Positions 31,292-32,000 of a DNA stretch of 32,000 nt are shown here, in pieces. The notes beneath the pieces are model-generated. The model was not told where the DNA came from, did no database searches, and saw only the letters and a list, made by a program, of their open reading frames with translations. Positions within the stretch are counted from its first letter, which is position 1. Each line of letters begins with the position of its first letter. Both the position numbers and the translations under genes were made by a program. Source of the DNA: Dickeya dadantii NCPPB 898 (GTDB lineage: Bacteria; Pseudomonadota; Gammaproteobacteria; Enterobacterales; Enterobacteriaceae); contig NZ_CM001976.1 of the NCBI RefSeq assembly GCF_000406145.1, positions 4,519,545 to 4,551,544 of the forward strand, written 5' to 3'.

Positions 31292-31327
31292 ACGCGCCGG
31301 ACATATCGCCTGGCGGTTGAATCACAC

Positions 31328-32000
31328 TCAGGCGCTCAGCAGTTTGCGGGCCGCCGACAGCACCACGTTGACGGACGCGTGTTCCGCTTTCTGCATCGTG
31401 GCGGTATCGGGAATTTCCTGCTGGGTGCGGTTCACAATCACGCCCGCCACCATGCCGGCACGCAGCCCCTGGCTGGCGCACATGGTCAGCAGCGTGGCGG
31501 ACTCCATTTCATAGTTCAGCACGCCCATGCTCTGCCATTCCGCCATTGACCCCTGAAAACGGCGCACCACGCGGCCGGTATAGGTGTCGTAACGCTCCTG
31601 ACCCGGATAGAAGGTATCCGAAGAAGCCGTCACGCCGACATGCAGCGTCGTTCCCGCTTCACGCGCCGCTTCCGCCAGGGCGGAAGTACAGGCGAAATCC
31701 GCCACCGCCGGGAATTCCAGCGGCGCAAAGTGCAGGCTGGCGCCGTCCAGACGCACCGCCGCCGTAGTCACCAGCACATCGCCGACCGCGATATGCGGTT
31801 GAATGGCGCCGGTGGTGCCGACGCGCAGGAAAGTGCGCACACCCAGCTGCGCCAGTTCCTCTACCGCGATCGACGTCGACGGGCCACCGATACCGGTGGA
31901 ACAGACAATCACCGGCTTGCCCGCCAGTTCCGCGCGCCAGGAGGTGAATTCCCGATGCGATGCCAGAAATACCGGGTTCTCCATCAACCGGGCGATTTTC
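31328..32000 (-). CDS. udp: Uridine phosphorylase Udp (N-terminus lies beyond the right edge)
   Basis: ...[53 protein letters not shown]... is near-identical to E. coli Udp from about residue 34 onward. The frame stays open to position 32000. The ORF-track 'start' at 31987 is an internal TTG (Leu). Confidence 0.93.
   Translation of the reverse strand, partial: KIARLMENPVFLASHREFTSWRAELAGKPVIVCSTGIGGPSTSIAVEELAQLGVRTFLRVGTTGAIQPHIAVGDVLVTTAAVRLDGASLHFAPLEFPAVADFACTSALAEAAREAGTTLHVGVTASSDTFYPGQERYDTYTGRVVRRFQGSMAEWQSMGVLNYEMESATLLTMCASQGLRAGMVAGVIVNRTQQEIPDTATMQKAEHASVNVVLSAARKLLSA

Overview
This is a chromosomal segment of a fairly GC-rich enterobacterium. Protein sequences and gene order look Dickeya- or Serratia-like, but I cannot assign a species from sequence alone. 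The window is almost entirely core housekeeping: 29 CDS plus the first 35 nt of a 16S rRNA gene. Read on the minus strand it matches the E. coli K-12 order udp-rmuC-ubiE-ubiJ-ubiB-tatABCD-rfaH-ubiD-fre-fadAB-pepQ-yigZ-trkH-hemG-rrnA. I could read several regulatory sites directly: rrn P1 and P2 promoters and a perfect boxA, a FadR operator in front of fadB, a tandem ARG-box pair between argC and argE, and at least seven rho-independent terminators. There are three departures from K-12 synteny. (1) A 3.1 kb four-gene sulfur module sits between fadA and fre: a two-cysteine ArsR/BigR/SqrR-type regulator, two half-size YeeE/YedE membrane proteins, and a divergent CoA-disulfide-reductase-rhodanese fusion. 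(2) An aspartate-rich (Pseudomonas-type, zinc-independent) hemB is translationally coupled to tatD. (3) The argECBH-ppc block plus an orphan CX5R phosphatase lies between rmuC and udp. The sulfur module is the best candidate for an under-described system, although each of its families is already known. I found no mobile elements, CRISPR arrays, tRNAs, toxin-antitoxin or defence-like genes, and no convincing wholly novel system. Smaller unexplained signals include direct repeats in the sulfur-module promoter, an in-frame 18-bp duplication, an 8-bp tandem repeat at a stop codon, a perfect 16-bp palindrome upstream of ubiE, and 16-bp tandem repeats upstream of the phosphatase. All homology calls come from my own recognition of the translated ORFs; no database search was run.
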